Positions 1 to 12,154 of a DNA stretch of 64,000 nt are shown here, piece after piece. Each line of letters begins with the position of its first letter. The stretch's first letter is position 1. Location of the stretch: assembly GCF_009914755.1 (NCBI RefSeq), contig NC_060938.1; one strand, 5' to 3'. Both the position numbers and the translations under genes were made by a program. The DNA is from the human T2T-CHM13v2.0 reference genome, Homo sapiens. The notes beneath the pieces were generated by a model, which was not told where the DNA came from, searched no databases, and was given only the letters and a program-made list of their open reading frames with translations.

Positions 1-792
1 GAGAGCCATCTGAGTTACTGCATGCATCAACAGTGCTCCTTCTTATTGCTAATACTCCATAGCATAGATGTACAGCAATTTGTTCAACCATGCACCTATT
101 ACAGGAAATTTTGGTTGTTTCTAGGTTTTGGCTATTACAAATAAAGCTGCTATGAACAACAGTGTACAGATTTTGCATGTGAATATAAATTTTTATTTTT
201 TAGGGTAAACGACCAAGAGTGTAATTGCTGGGTCATAGGGTAAGAGTACGTTTGGTTTCATAAGAAATTGCCAGACTGTTTTCCAGGTGGTTGTACTACC
301 TTAAATTCTCACCAGCAATGTATGAGTGATCTCCAGTTTCTCCACATCCTCCCCAGCATTTGGTATTATCACTATTCATTTTAGGTGTTCAACTGGTATG
401 TAGTGGTATCTCATCATGGTCTGAATTTGCACTTCTCTAATGGCTAAGGATGTTGCTCCTTAAGTGTTGTGCTCTGGCATCTTGTTAGCCTCATCCTAGT
501 CCTGGCTCTGCCACTCCCCCTTCATCGTCAGTCCTAGAAACACCTGCTGCTGCCAGTTCCTGAGATTTTAAATATTCTTGGGAGCAAATCAGACTTATTC
601 ACAGTTTTTCCCTTGCTGGCTCAGGAGTTGTCTTTCTCAAGTCTGCTAAGGCAGTTAGCACTTGTCTATCTGCTTTCCAGCTTCCAAAATTTTGTTGTGT
701 TTTACTGTTTACTGTTAGTTGTTTATGATTTAGTCTGTCATAAAGTACACTTCCCCTCTTCCTGTTGTGTTCTTCTCATCCCTAAGAGTTTA

Positions 793-1218
<426 letters not shown>

Positions 1219-1449
1219 AAAGGCATTTCTTTGATTACTGAAGAGGTTGAACTTACTTCCAAATGTTTATGAATCTGTGTATTTCCTCTTCTGTGAAATG
1301 CTAGTTCAAATTTTTTGTCCATTTCTTCCCACGGGGATTTTTGCCTTCTCTTATCGATTTGTAAAAGCTCTTCATATTTTTTGTATTCTGTTGGTCAGTT
1401 AGATGTGTTGCAGATACTTTCTCGTAGCCTGTGACTTGTCTTTTCACTT

Positions 1450-1590
1450 TTTGTTGTTGTTATTGCTTTTTGTAGAGAAGGGGTCTTGCTATGTTGCCCA
1501 AGCTTGTCTTGAATCCCCAGGTTCAAGCAGTCCTCCCACCTCAGGCTCCCAAAGTGTTGGGATTATAGGTGTGAGTCACTGTCCTCAGCC
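1450..1590 (-). mobile_element. FLAM (free left Alu monomer)
   Basis: Single antisense Alu left arm (tgtagagaaggggtcttgctatgttgccca...gattataggtgtgagtcactgtcctcagcc) flanked by a repeated ttttcacttttt. Confidence 0.85.
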
Positions 1591-2648
1591 TTCGTTTTCA
1601 CTTTTTAAATGGTTTCTTTTGCTGAATTGAATTTCTTAATTTTAATAAAATTGCCTTTTGTTACAGCTTTCCCTTCACGCTTTGCTCTTTTTGTGTCTTG
1701 AGAAGCCCTTCCCTCTTCAACAGTCTTTTTAGTTATGCCTTTCATGTTTAAATCTTTGATCATTTGGGATTTATTTCTGAGTATGATGTGAGGTAGGGAT
1801 TCATTTTCTCTACTTAAAAAATGTATGGAGAGCAAGTTTCCCAGCATCTTATCAAAAAACATCCTTTCTACACTGATCTGCACTGTTTATTCTGTCAGTT
1901 ATACTTCAAGTTTCCATTAGTATATATTTTTCTGTGTTCTCAGTAATCTTCTGTTGGTCTTTTTGTCCATATCTGCACCCATACCATACAGTTTAATGAC
2001 TTCAGCTCTGTGCTAAGTCCTGCTGTGTTGCATAGGTCCCAGCTTGCTTTCTTCTTCAAGAGCATCTTGGCTAATCTTAGTCCTTTGCTCTTACATGAAA
2101 AAACCTCTTGTGATTTTTGTTTAAGTGTGTTAAATCTTTAGGTCAATTTGGGGAAAACTGACATGGTGATGAAGTACATAGTATGTTTCTTTATAAAATA
2201 TATGATACATCTCTCCTTTTACTTACACCTTCTTTAATGTCTTTGAATAAAGCTTTCATTATTTTTCCCATAACGTGTTTGCACATCTGTTGTTGGTTTT
2301 ATTCTTAGGTATTCAATATTTTTAATTGCTAGGGTAAATGACATTTTAAAATTTATATTTTAAGACCATGGTTGGTATAGAAATCGGTTTGTATAGATTG
2401 TGATTGTATTGAAATGCAGTTGGATTGGAGTATTGATTTTGTGCCCAGCAAACTTGCTAACTATCTTCATTCTAATTAGTATTAGTTTTTTTCCCTTCTA
2501 CTTAAACAATCATATTATCTGCAGACCATGATCACATTTTCTCTTTTCTTTCCTCATGCATTTATTTCTTTGCTTTACTGAAACTGGACTGGCCCTTTGG
2601 TTAACTTTTGACTTTGTAAAAAAGCCTATTAAAATTATGAGTAACAAC

Positions 2649-2974
2649 TGCCTTAGTGCATGCAGGCTACTATATCAAAATACCTCAGACCAGGCAATTT
2701 ATAAACAGCAGATATTTATTGCTTACAGTTCTAGGGCCTGGGAAGTCCAAGATGGAGGTGTCAGCAAATTCAGTGACTGGTGCGCCGGTTTCTCACAGAT
2801 GATGACTTCTCCCTGTGTTCTCATAACGCAGAAGCCGGAAACAAGCTCCCTCCAGCCCCTTCTGCAAGGGCACTAATCACCTCCCAAAGGCCTCATCACC
2901 TCTTGATACTATTGCATGGGGGTTAGGCTTCAACATATGAATATTGGGGGGATGCAAGGATTCAGACCACAGCA
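2649..2974 (-). mobile_element. ERVL-MaLR solo LTR (MLT1A/MST-like)
   Basis: TG...CA ends (tgccttagt...ttcagaccacagca), typical 'atttattgcttacagttctagggcctgggaagtccaagat' and 'ggttaggcttcaacatatgaat'; 5-bp TSD acaac/actac. Confidence 0.85.
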
Positions 2975-3189
2975 ACTACTGAGACAATGTGAATAGTACA
3001 CACAACCTCCAACCCGGTACAGAAGGAAAAATCAGGAATAAAAAATGTCTAATTCACATGAAGGTCAGAAAGGAAGAGGAAAATAAAGGTCAGAGGCAAA
3101 GTATGGAATTCCAAACGTGGAATGCCGAAATGGAGAACTCAGGTCCGGAGCCGGTGAATTGCCCTCCGCGCTTATGGAGATCGCCTGCA

Positions 3190-3263
3190 GCGCCACCTGC
3201 AGGCTGGAGGAGCACTCCGGGCCCCAGTTCACCGCCCTGGACCCAGCTGGCGCCACCTGCGGT
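3190..3263 (-). promoter_or_regulatory. Two tandem CTCF core motifs, same orientation, 60 bp apart
   Basis: Reverse complements CCTGCAGGTGGCGC (3190-3203) and ACCGCAGGTGGCGC (3250-3263) resemble the CTCF consensus CCASYAGRKGGCRS. Motif evidence only. Confidence 0.55.
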
Positions 3264-3284
3264 TCCCAAGGACGCATCCAGTAA

Positions 3285-3317
3285 GGGGCGGGGCGGGGCG
3301 GGGCGGGGAGGGGCGGG
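3285..3317 (+). promoter_or_regulatory. GC-box (Sp/KLF) array / G-quadruplex-capable (GGGGC)n
   Basis: ggggcggggcggggcggggcggggaggggcggg within a small CpG-containing patch (~3100-3450). Confidence 0.55.
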
Positions 3318-3941
3318 ACTCACCACCCATGTGACCTGCACTGGCCTGGAGGAGCTGCCTGACTGCAGCGGACTCTGCCAAGAATTTCAAGAGGTGCAGT
3401 GGTCCAGTCATAAAGCAACATGAAAACGCTGTAAAAAGAGTTTAATCGCGCACACGAGGCAGACATTGCATTTAATTTATCACCCTGCAAAATTAAAGCC
3501 ATTCTGGGGTTTGCTATCGCTCATGCAGGGTGGAGTTATTTATTGGACACTGTCAGAGCCGAGGGGATCTGAAATTCAGGTCAGGGAAAGTCAAGTTTAC
3601 AAAGGCCCGTCCGGGTCCCTAGGGGCCCAGATGGCTCAGGGCAATGTTCCTGTGTCTTGCTGCTGCAGAGGCTGAGGGGAGCAGGCACTGTGTTCACATC
3701 GTTGATGAGAAAGCCGAGCTCCGTGTGGGTGCGTGCAATCCTGCCTCCCCGAGCTCCACGCTCTGACCCTCTAACTCCTCAGACCACTAAGTAGGCTGTC
3801 CCCTCACCTGCCCCTTTGACGATGTGCTGGGTGCCAGGTGCCTGAAATGCGTGCTCCTACCTGCCCAGCCCTGTAAGGAAGCCCTGCATGGTGACCCCCA
3901 TGTCACAGATCTGAGCCCTGGCTGAGTTGATCACCGGGCCT

Positions 3942-3968
3942 GGCGCTGTCCACCCAGTCTGTGCTGAA
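3942..3968 (-). promoter_or_regulatory. Non-canonical (expanded spacer) RE1/NRSE REST site
   Basis: Minus strand reads TTCAGCAC-agactgggt-GGACAGCGCC: 8 nt of the left half and all 10 nt of the right half match, gap 6 nt longer than canonical. Confidence 0.55.
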
Positions 3969-5769
3969 TCTATTTGAAGAAACCCATGGGGTCCTGGGCT
4001 TGGACCTTTTGCTTGGCCCAGGGAGGAGGGGCAGGGCAGGCGTGAGGCCTCCTAGAGGAAGGATGGCGGCCGGTTTGAAATACACCTGGGAAATGGCTCC
4101 GGGGGACACCACAGATTTGCCTTCAAAGCACTTGTTCAAGCAGTTACTCACTGGGACTGATTGCAGAGGAGGTGGGCAGGGGGCGCTGGCCGGGCCTCTG
4201 GGCTCTAATTAGTCAGGTAATAAGGCTGTTTGTGCCAATTTGCTGGGCCGACAGGCTGGCTGCTCACTGGCTGCCTAACGAGGTGGGGAGTTGGGGTGAG
4301 TGGCCCAGGCAAGGCCCATTGACTCACCAATGGGCTGCGGCTGCCCCTCCTGCTCCTGTCTGCAGGGCCCAGGAGAGGTGAGTGGAAGCTGGGGAGGCCG
4401 GAGGTCCCTGGCGTGGGAAGGCCACAGCAGTCATTGGCACCCAGACCAGCAAGACCAACCCTCCAGCTGGAGGCCCTCTGTCCCTCCGAGGACTCACTGC
4501 CCGAATTGCCAGACAACCTGCCAGGAGTCCCGGCACCCACACCTCCTGTCCTTGTGGGTCTGGGTTGTTTGCACTGAGTGCAGAGCTCTGCGGCTGATGT
4601 AGGGAGAGAACAGAGGGCTTAACCCCTTCCTGAATCCTCTCATTCTGGCCCCCACCACTGCTGAGGTTAACACCATCCTGACACCCACTTTCCAGAGAAA
4701 TCAGCAGAGCCTGGAAGAGCCTCAGGGAGTTGAAGGAGAGACGAGGAGAAGGGGCTGCCACTGTGGGTTTTCTGTGTGACCTCGGGTGATGGCCTGCCCT
4801 CTCTGAGCCTGGGTTCCCTGTCTGTGGTATGAGCTGGTGCTGCAGGTCAGCCTTTGTGCCTCTCAGAGACAGTGTGTTGGGTGGCTGAGGGGGGCGCTGG
4901 GGGTGTGAGGGGAAGGAAGAAGCCCAGCAAATGCATGCGGTCTGCTTCCCCGTGAGATGTTCTGCTTTCTCCCATCTCTGCCACACCCCTTCTCCTGGGG
5001 ACCCCCAGCCCAGCGCCCTGGACCCAGGGCCATGCTGACAAGGGATCCTGTGAGCAGCCTAGGAGCAGGCGCACATTCCACACATACTTCTGGAGCATGT
5101 GCTCAGTGCCAGATGCCACAACAGGGGCTGGAGACACTTGGGGAGCTCCAGGCTCACATCCCTGGGGAGGCAGGCGCCAGCCCCACAGTCCTCTGAGTAA
5201 CTGTCCTGCAGGGTGGTGCTCAGCCGTGCCTGCCCACACCTCCATCGACTCCAGGTGGCACATCAGGGCAGGGTCACCCTCACCCTCCAGTTCCCAGAGG
5301 CCTCCTCTGTCAGGCTGCACCCTCTGTGAGTCCCTGGAGGACCCTGGGCTGAAGTCAGGCCTTTTTCCTCTCTCCTGCACAGATCTGGCACCTTCCAGCT
5401 CCTGCCCACAGATCTGTATTGCACCTGCCAAGCTCCAGTCTCCCACCCCCAACCTCTGCAGACTCTTCCAGCCTCCTCCAACTCCAGGTTCCTGCAGGAT
5501 CCCTCCCTGTCCACCTAGACTGGAGTGACTCTGAAGTCACTTCTACAAGCCTGCGTTGGGCTCCCATGCAGATGTCCCATGTGCACAGAGCCCCGATTCT
5601 GGCTGCAGAGGCAGCTGGCACCAGATGTGCAGACACAAGGTGCCTGGGCAGGTGCCCAGACAGAAGCCTCAGTCTGGGGCCATGAGGTGAGCACACTCCC
5701 GAGGGAGGCATCAGCCCAGGACCTCAAACAACGATGGTGAGAACACCAGCCCGCACTCTTCCTCATTAG

Positions 5770-6085
5770 TTGGAGTCAACTTGGATGCCACCTTCGTGGG
5801 AAGGTCTCTCTTCCCCACCATACCTCTGTGCCTCCATCTCTCTCGGCCTTTCACCCTACCAAGGAAAATCTTCCTTGTCCTTCCTTTGTATCACTGATCA
5901 TCACCCAGCATGATCTATTCATTTGTGAGTAAGCTTTCTGCTCTTTCCCCTGCGATGCAAGCTCCATGCAAACAGAAAGATTTGTCTGCATTTCTTTTCC
6001 TGCCAAATCTTTAGCATAAAGAATAGTGTCTGGCATGTAGGAGGTGCTCAATAAATATTTGTTGAGTAAACAAACGAATGAATTG
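5770..6085 (+). mobile_element. L2 LINE 3' end
   Basis: 'gcaagctccatg...atagtgtctggcatgtaggaggtgctcaataaatatttgttgagtaaacaaacgaatgaa' is a typical L2 3' terminus. Confidence 0.75.
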
Positions 6086-7963
6086 GTTGTACATCCCCTT
6101 CGAGGCAATGTCCACACAGCACATTTATCATCGCTGCACTTGCAGGACAAATGGCTTCTGTGTCCTGCTGGCTTCCCTCCTTTTGGATACCAGTTGCCCA
6201 CGTTTCCATTAGATCTTCTGATTTTTCACTAGCGCTGCCCAAGTGCTATCGACTGCCTGATGGGTGCCTTCCCAGACTCTTCTGCACATTGCACACTCAG
6301 GCTGTCAACACATCACTCCTCCAGACACCATGGAGAGGGGCGCCTTAGTGGCAAAATTTTTCCAATCGGGGGAGCAATTTTCTCAGGATAAGTTCCCATG
6401 AATTGCAATTACCTGATAGAGGAGCCCTTGCTATTGCTCTCGCCATGTGTTGCAAATTGCATCCTAGAAGCTATGTGCTGCTCACGTGCCACCAGCTCAC
6501 AGTGCCACCAGCAGTGCAAGCACCTGCTGGGGGAAGTCCAAGCTGCACCTGCCTGAAGCCAGCATGAGGCTGAATCCCAGCCCTGAGCCTCCAGGGAGAG
6601 GCATGACCCAGACATGAAGGCAACAGAAAGATATCTGTGACCTGCCCACATGGAGGGATGGTGCCATCCAGGGTCCTTTCCAAAGAGGGCACCCAAGGGC
6701 AAGGTCCAGTGTGCATGGAGCTTAGGGCCAGGGAGGGTGAGGAGTGCCGGTGGAACCCCCTGGAATGAGCACCAGTGCAGAGAAGCATTGCCTCCCTGCT
6801 AGAGGAGGCCCCAATGGATCATCGTGACCAAGGGGGCAAGCTCTAGATGAAAGAGTAGGACAAAAAGAGAAAGGAGGGAGGGCCTTGGAGAGAAGAGAAG
6901 GAAGGTGAGCAGGCCAGCGGTCACTGAGCTGGGTGTCCATCTGTGGCTTCATGAGCCTGGTGCCCCTCTCCTCTCTTGAGGTGCAATGGCAGACCCTGTA
7001 GGGTCCCCTACCCCCACTGCATGTGCCCCTGCTGGGGCTGCCCATCCAGGGTCCAGGGCTGCCTCCTTCCCTCCAGGCCCTCTTGACAACCCCGCTCCCC
7101 TACCCTAATTTGTGGGAGGATTGGATCCTAAGCCAGTTTAGCCAACTCTGAGACTCACTCTGTGCCAGACGGAGGCAAAGTGTGGGGCTCACAGGCTCCA
7201 AACTGAAAAAGCAAGTTCACAAAACGGGGGGCACCCGGCACCGTGGGAGGCGTGCAAGACATTGGATCCGACTTCACTGGAGGGCATTGCGAGAATGTTG
7301 GAGATGGGGAATGAGAGAGACCGGCAGTGAAGGCGGCACACCCGCCCCACCCTCAAGGCACCGTGCACCGCCCTGTCCTCGGATCTCCCCTCCAGGGCAG
7401 GAACGCACCCACCTGACCGAGTTGCTGAGGACAGGCTCCAGTGTGAGTCATCTGGGCCACGCTTGGCTCCTTTTTGGTGGGGAGTGGAGGAGGCAAACTC
7501 TAAATTTTATTTTTGAAGTGAAAAAAGCTGCCATTTAAAAAAGTTGTCAGTCAAGTTCCACTGCTGTGTGTCCATCAAAGCTCGAATTGGACTGATCCTG
7601 CCATAGATAATGGTGATAACCTCTGGACAAATAACAAAAATAAATCAATCAACAGAACTTCCAGTTTCAGCTGCAACATGTAAACAGCTTGGAAGTCACT
7701 CCTCTCCTTACAATAAGAAAAAGGCGGAAAAAGTGAAAATCAGTGACTTTTCTCAAACCCATCAGAGAATGGGGTTGCAAAGCAAACTGCCACCCTCAAA
7801 TCCCGGGAGACACATGAATATGGAAGAGCAAGTCTGAGATCTGCTCACCTGGAGCCGAAGCCGCTGGAGCCAGAAACCCGCAACTTGACTGGCAGCCTTG
7901 ATGAACTGCTGGGGGCTGACCGTGGAGTAGCTTGACAGGGAGCAATTTCCTGGGGCCACACTC

Positions 7964-8052
7964 TTTTTTTTTAGATGGAGTCTCGCTCTTGTCGCCCAGT
8001 TTGGAGTACAGTGGCACGACCTTGCTCACTGCAACCTCTGACTCCTGGGTTC
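7964..8052 (-). mobile_element. 5'-truncated Alu (89 bp of right arm)
   Basis: poly-T + 'agatggagtctcgctcttgtcgcccag...gcaacctctgactcctgggttc'; exact 12-bp TSD ggggccacactc at 7952-7963 and 8053-8064. Confidence 0.9.
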
Positions 8053-8620
8053 GGGGCCACACTCCTTATGGGGGGCCCATTTTCGTGGGCTTCACTCCCA
8101 GAAACCAACAAGTCTTTCATGGTGAAGATCTGAAAATGACCCCTGTGTCTCTGGCAGTGGGTGGCGAAGGCAATCGTGTGAAATATACCCAGTGCCTTCT
8201 TCATAACCAAGGCCTGTTCTCCAGGAAACCTTATTGCAGGTGGGGGAGGGATTTCCTCCCACTCCTGCCCCCGCCAGTGTGTCTGTCTCACCTTAGGATA
8301 AAAACAAAAAACATAGTAAACGAGGGCCAGAGAGCTTCAAAAGAATAGATTGGGAATATTGCAACCAGGAAAGGACTTGCAGGGATAGGAAGCTATACCC
8401 ATGCAGAAACACGTGAAGGTAACAGCCTAGGGTCACAGGCCCACTACAACACTGACATGTAATTGGAAGATTATAAAGAACCTCCTCCCCAACACCTACC
8501 ACAGCCCCAACAGGGCTCCCATATAATAGCAGTGGATTCTGGGACAGACACAGACTCTCTAAGGAGGATTACTCAGGGAAGCCCAAAGTCAAAAGTGGCG
8601 GACACAAACAAGGATACTAG

Positions 8621-9012
<392 letters not shown>

Positions 9013-9430
9013 AAAACTTCACACTAAAGGCTTATTTCTCTCAGTTCTTACCACCCAATACAATATGTCAGGTTTTCAGCAAGAAATTACAAAGCATGCT
9101 AAAAAGTAAGAAAAAAACACAATCTGAAGAGACAACGCAACCATTAGAAATGGACTCATGTAACACAGACGATTCAATCATTAGACAAGGAAGGTAGATA
9201 TAACTATAATTAATATGCAAAGGGCTCTAATGGAAAAAGACAACAAGCAGAAACAGATGATTAACCTAAGTAGAGAGATGGAAACTCTTAGTAAGAATCA
9301 AAAAGATATACTAGAAATTTTAACAAACAAACAATTATGACAGAAATGATAAATGGCTCATCAGAGGACTGACACATCCAAAGTAAGCACCGGTGAATTT
9401 GAAGATAGGTCAATTAACACGTCCCAAACT

Positions 9431-9562
9431 ATTCTCTGTGTCTCTTAATATCTCTTTTGTATTTTCTACCTCTTTTCTCTCTAAGACGCATTCTGTGTAA
9501 TTTCTTCAGTTCTCTTGTCTAATTTAGTAAGTCTGTCTTTGACTGCATCTAATCTGCTACTG
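9431..9562 (-). mobile_element. Antisense L1 ORF1-region fragment abutting the sense L1
   Basis: Abrupt switch from A-rich to T-rich at ~9430; 'gcattctgtgtaatttcttcagttctcttgtctaatttagtaagtctgtctttgactgcatctaatctgct' resembles antisense old-L1 ORF1. Confidence 0.55.
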
Positions 9563-9835
9563 TTTATATCCCTCTTCCCTCTTTAGCATATTTGTTGAGT
9601 AAACAAACGAATGAATTGGTTGTACATCCCACCAACCCATTGGTTGTACAACTGCCACCAACTGAGTCCTAGGGGTTCTCTTCCCTAAAGGCAGGTTGTG
9701 GGTAGCACACAACCTCAGGCTCTGCTTACCTTGACTTGAAAACCTAGTGACAAGAATGTAAGTCTTGGCAGAGAGACAGTCTCTTTATTCACTTTTTAAA
9801 AAATTATTAATATATAATTAATATACCATGAAATG

Positions 9836-10255
9836 CACCATCAGTTTTCCTTTGCTGTGCAAGACATCACCGACAATCTAGCAGCTTACAGCAACCATTC
9901 ATGTTGTGCACGGTTCTGTGGGTGGTTCTCCTCTGGTCTGGTCAACTGACCTCAGCTGGGCTCACTCATGCACCTATGGTCAGCTAGCAGGTCAGCTGCG
10001 AGCCAGAAGGTCCAGGGTGGCTTCACTCACACGCCTGGTAGCCAGCAGACTGTTGGCTGAGGTGATAGGGCTTCTGGGCAACGTATCTCTCATCATCCAG
10101 CAGGCTGGTCCTGTCTCCTCCATATGTGTTCACAGGGGTCTGAGAGCAGAAAGAAGTCAGGCCCCATCATGCCTATGTCACATTTGCTATTGTCTCATTG
10201 GATAAGCCAAGTCATGTGGCCAATCTCAGATTCTGTATGGGAAGGGACTGCATAG
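9836..10255 (-). mobile_element. MLT1-family LTR (MLT1G/H-like)
   Basis: 'tttgctgtgcaagacatcac...agcagcttacagcaaccattc...cagctgggctcactcatgcacctatggtcagct...tctcattggataagccaagtcatgtggccaa'. Confidence 0.7.
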
Positions 10256-12154
10256 GGATATGATGCAGAAAGATGTGTGACTGCAGTGGTCTACCCAGAT
10301 GTTAACTGTTCTATGGCCCCGGTCCTGCTTTCTCTGCTAATGGTCCCTACTCTGTTATCTATTGGTGTGAACAAATGACTCCAAAACTTAGTGGCTTAAA
10401 ACAGCTATTTTATTTTGATGGGCCAAGAATTTGGAAAAGGCTTGGCTGAGTGATTCATCTCTCATTCAGTTGGTGTCAGCGGGGGTGACTGAGGCTGGAG
10501 ACTCTACTTCCGAAATGCCTTCTTCACTCCCATGTTTGGAGCCCCAGTGCCTCTGTTTCTCTCTCTCCTCCACACACTGTCTCATCCCCCAGGGCCTCTC
10601 TGCATGGCTTGGGCTTCTTACAGCAGGTACATCTCAGGTTGGCTGAATTTACATGACTGCTGGTCTCCTGGAGCAAGCATTCCAGTGAGTGAGGCAGAAG
10701 CTGCCAGACTTCACAGGACTTAGTCTAGAGGTCCTGGCATGTCATGCCTGCTGCATTCTGTAGGTCAAGCAAGTCACTAAGACCAGGGCAGATCCAAGGT
10801 AGCAGCAGATTCGACTTCATTTCTCAATGAGAACAAAGAATTTCTATCCATCTTTAATCTACCACAGTCTGCCCTGTGGCTACAACTGTTGATACTCCTT
10901 TCAAATGCAACACACACTGAATCTCACTGAAGGCCCTCGCAACGTGCACCCAGCCCCACTGGAGACCCCCGTTTGTCTCATCTGTTTGGCTTTGGCTGGA
11001 GGTCCAGGACCCTCTGGGCTAATGAACTCCAGTGCACATGGGGTCCTGGGTCCTCCAACACAGTTGTTCTGATCTGAAGAACTGCAACCCAGATACGAGC
11101 CATGGGGCCCTTCCACCCACCTAGATTCTGGTGGTGAGACTCTGGGGACCACCAGAATGAACACCCATTCAACAGAGCAGAAAGCAGGAGTACATCACAG
11201 TCATTCCATGGCGATCCTGAAATCCACCCTGGCATGTTGCCAGCTCCTGCGCCCTGATGTGATGCAGAAGGAGTGTGACTGCAATGACCCACCCAGATGT
11301 CAACTGTTCTGGGGGCCCCTGGGTGAAGAAGATTGTGCCTTCTGGGCTCCTGGCATCATCCTCTGAGTCACTCTTTCTCTTCCATATGAGCTGTCCCTGT
11401 TCACAGGTAGGTCCTCAGCTCGGCCTTCCTCCTACCTTAGGAAGATAGAGAACACCACTGGTACAATTTTGTTAAAAGGTTTGAGAGGTTCTTCCAGACC
11501 AACTAAAAATCAGCTGGATTGGATCAAAGCTGCCCTGGCATTGCCTGCTGAGGCTGGCCTATCTTCACCCTGGGCAGCCGGCTATGGAACAGCACCCAAA
11601 CATGCCTGGAAGCCTCATTGACTGGCTGGGAGCATCGGTGGGGCACCCCCTGAAGATGTTTAAAGGCTCTTTTGTTTAGCTGAGAGGGCAGTGAGCCACC
11701 CCCTTCCTTCTCTCTGAGGTCTGGACAAGAGCGCTTCCAGCTGCGCTGGCTTGCAGCCACACATTTCTGCCCCGAGATCATTGTTTGTACTGAGAATCTT
11801 CGTTGGGAGAGCTTGAGGGTGACACAGTTTTGTTTTTGAACTGAGCAAGTCCTGGGTCTTTTATGTTCACTCTAACTTCTGCTAAGAATTTAACTGTTCC
11901 TTAAGCTGACCCCCTCTGTCTTTGTATTTTATCACAGGCAAAGCTGGCTGCCTGGAAGGGTCCCCTGTCAGATCCACCGGTGGGTGAGCTGCCCTTTCTC
12001 TTTTGCAGGTCAAACTTTCCATTACTGTCACCATGTAACAGGGGCCCTTTCCTCCAGCCTCCAGTAATGTCCTCGCCACCCTCACCCTTAGAGCCCTCAC
12101 CAATGATTCCCCATGCTGCCTCCCATCATCTTGTCCCCAAACCAATGACCCATG

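Noticed and set aside
4173-4187. Extra CTCF-like motifs (4173-4187, ~32375-32390, ~52950-52965)
   Set aside because: They lack the 5' CC of the core, and partial matches are expected in GC-rich DNA.
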